Of a DNA stretch of 64,000 nt, positions 62,867 through 64,000 are shown one piece after another (within the stretch, counting starts at the first letter, position 1; each line of letters opens with the position of its first letter). Under the pieces are notes generated by a model. It worked only from the letters and a program-made list of their open reading frames with translations, ran no database searches and had not been told where the DNA came from. The translations under genes and the position numbers were made by a program. This stretch comes from Styela clava (lineage: Eukaryota): the NCBI RefSeq assembly GCF_964204865.1, contig NC_135262.1, positions 3,534,001 to 3,598,000 on the forward strand, given 5' to 3'.

Positions 62867-64000
62867 TTGGAAAATCAGGTATTGAACCCAAAATTTTAAA
62901 CATTGTACGTCCAGGTACTTCAGCATAACCAAACCCTAAATATTTAATCTGCGTATACAAATACATATATTTTAAGAATATTGGAATTGAAGACTATTTT
63001 TTGTTATTTAAAGTGTTAATAGCACACTTTGTATTATATCTACTTTACCAAATCACAACAAGCAGAGACATTTTTTACAGTGAAATTCGGTTTGGTTTTA
63101 TCTACCGAGTTTTTTAACAGTAAACTAACCTAAATCGGAGATTTTATCTGTCTTGATTCAACATAAAGGAAACCATTATGTCTGAACTTGTTGAAGTTTC
63201 AAGAACAATTTCGGTTCTAAACGAATAAATTAGAACTTAATCAGTTTAATAGTTCAAAGATAACGAGTCGAAATAAAACGGTCGAATTTATCATTCAATT
63301 CTGTTTTGCTATGAATACAGATTTGACAAAATTTTTGTCTTTTTTCTATGCCGTTGAGTTGTTGTATCCGTATTTGTAAACTTTAGTGCTGCGTTAGGAA
63401 GCAACAGTATGTGAGATGAATATTTCGGTAGAGATTTATTCTAGTTCTTCCTAACAAATACGCACTAATAGAGGTTATGAGTGTTGGGGAGAATTAACGT
63501 CGGTGAGAGCAGCTAGCTTTGAGTCTCTGAAAGAATCATCTCCTGATTTCAATTTTTCAGTGATGTAGTGGACGATGCAAGATATGAAGAAGACAAATTA
63601 GATTATTAACTAGATTTAACAGGATTGAGTTGACAATATATTTAATAATTGGTCTTTCTTATCTACAGGGACTCTAATACTTGACTTTACCAACTTTCAT
63701 TTAACAAATTCACTCAACGCTTCATCGTAGCTTATCCAATATTCAACTCCTTCATCTCGTTCTAAGCAGGGCTTTTTGTCTTTCAACATTTCTCAAAATG
63801 CATCAATTGATGAGTTATATAATATAACAGTTATTAGAATGTTAATCTCTGATTTTAGATCATCGTTTCTGTTTGTATATTACTTTAAAGTATTATCCTT
63901 TCGAAAAAAAAAAAACTGAATTGTTACATATGTAATTTTGCATGTGTAGGAACCCCGTGACTATACTTCAGGGTAGCCCTTCACGAACTTTCATTTATCA

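Noticed and set aside
1-64000. CRISPR array or prokaryotic defence/operon system
   Set aside because: Sequence is eukaryotic (spliced genes, SINEs, MITEs); no regularly spaced repeat-spacer array or long bacterial ORFs.

Overview
AT-rich, intron-containing metazoan genomic DNA; an invertebrate chordate such as an ascidian is inferred from gene content and style, not established. Most ORFs in the track are spurious, and the real genes are spliced. (1) 1-27 kb: a cluster of genes for secreted proteins built as signal peptide + an unrecognised 4-Cys N-terminal module + coiled coil + EGF(n) + one C-terminal SRCR domain. Gene A (+, 8376-11851) has 5 exons, 295 aa and 1 EGF. Gene B (-, 19841-26936) has about 10 exons, about 500 aa and 4 EGF. 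A headless inverted copy of gene A (-, 1020-3531, exons 2-5 intact) lies in the left arm of a >4 kb inverted duplication (1-4179 / 8923-12842). The 4.7 kb spacer holds the only exon 1 plus a decayed C2H2 zinc-finger array. (2) 34-60 kb: a predicted GPI-anchored ephrin-A-like gene (-, 5 exons, 239 aa) with a 22.8 kb first intron. (3) Many non-autonomous elements: three Helentron/DINE-1-like (HINE) families, a MITE family with YY1-like and TTAGGG motifs in its TIRs, hAT, Tc1/pogo and Mutator-like MITEs, a tRNA-derived SINE, and decayed LINE and possible Penelope fragments. All gene models were assembled by eye from GT-AG sites and reading-frame continuity.
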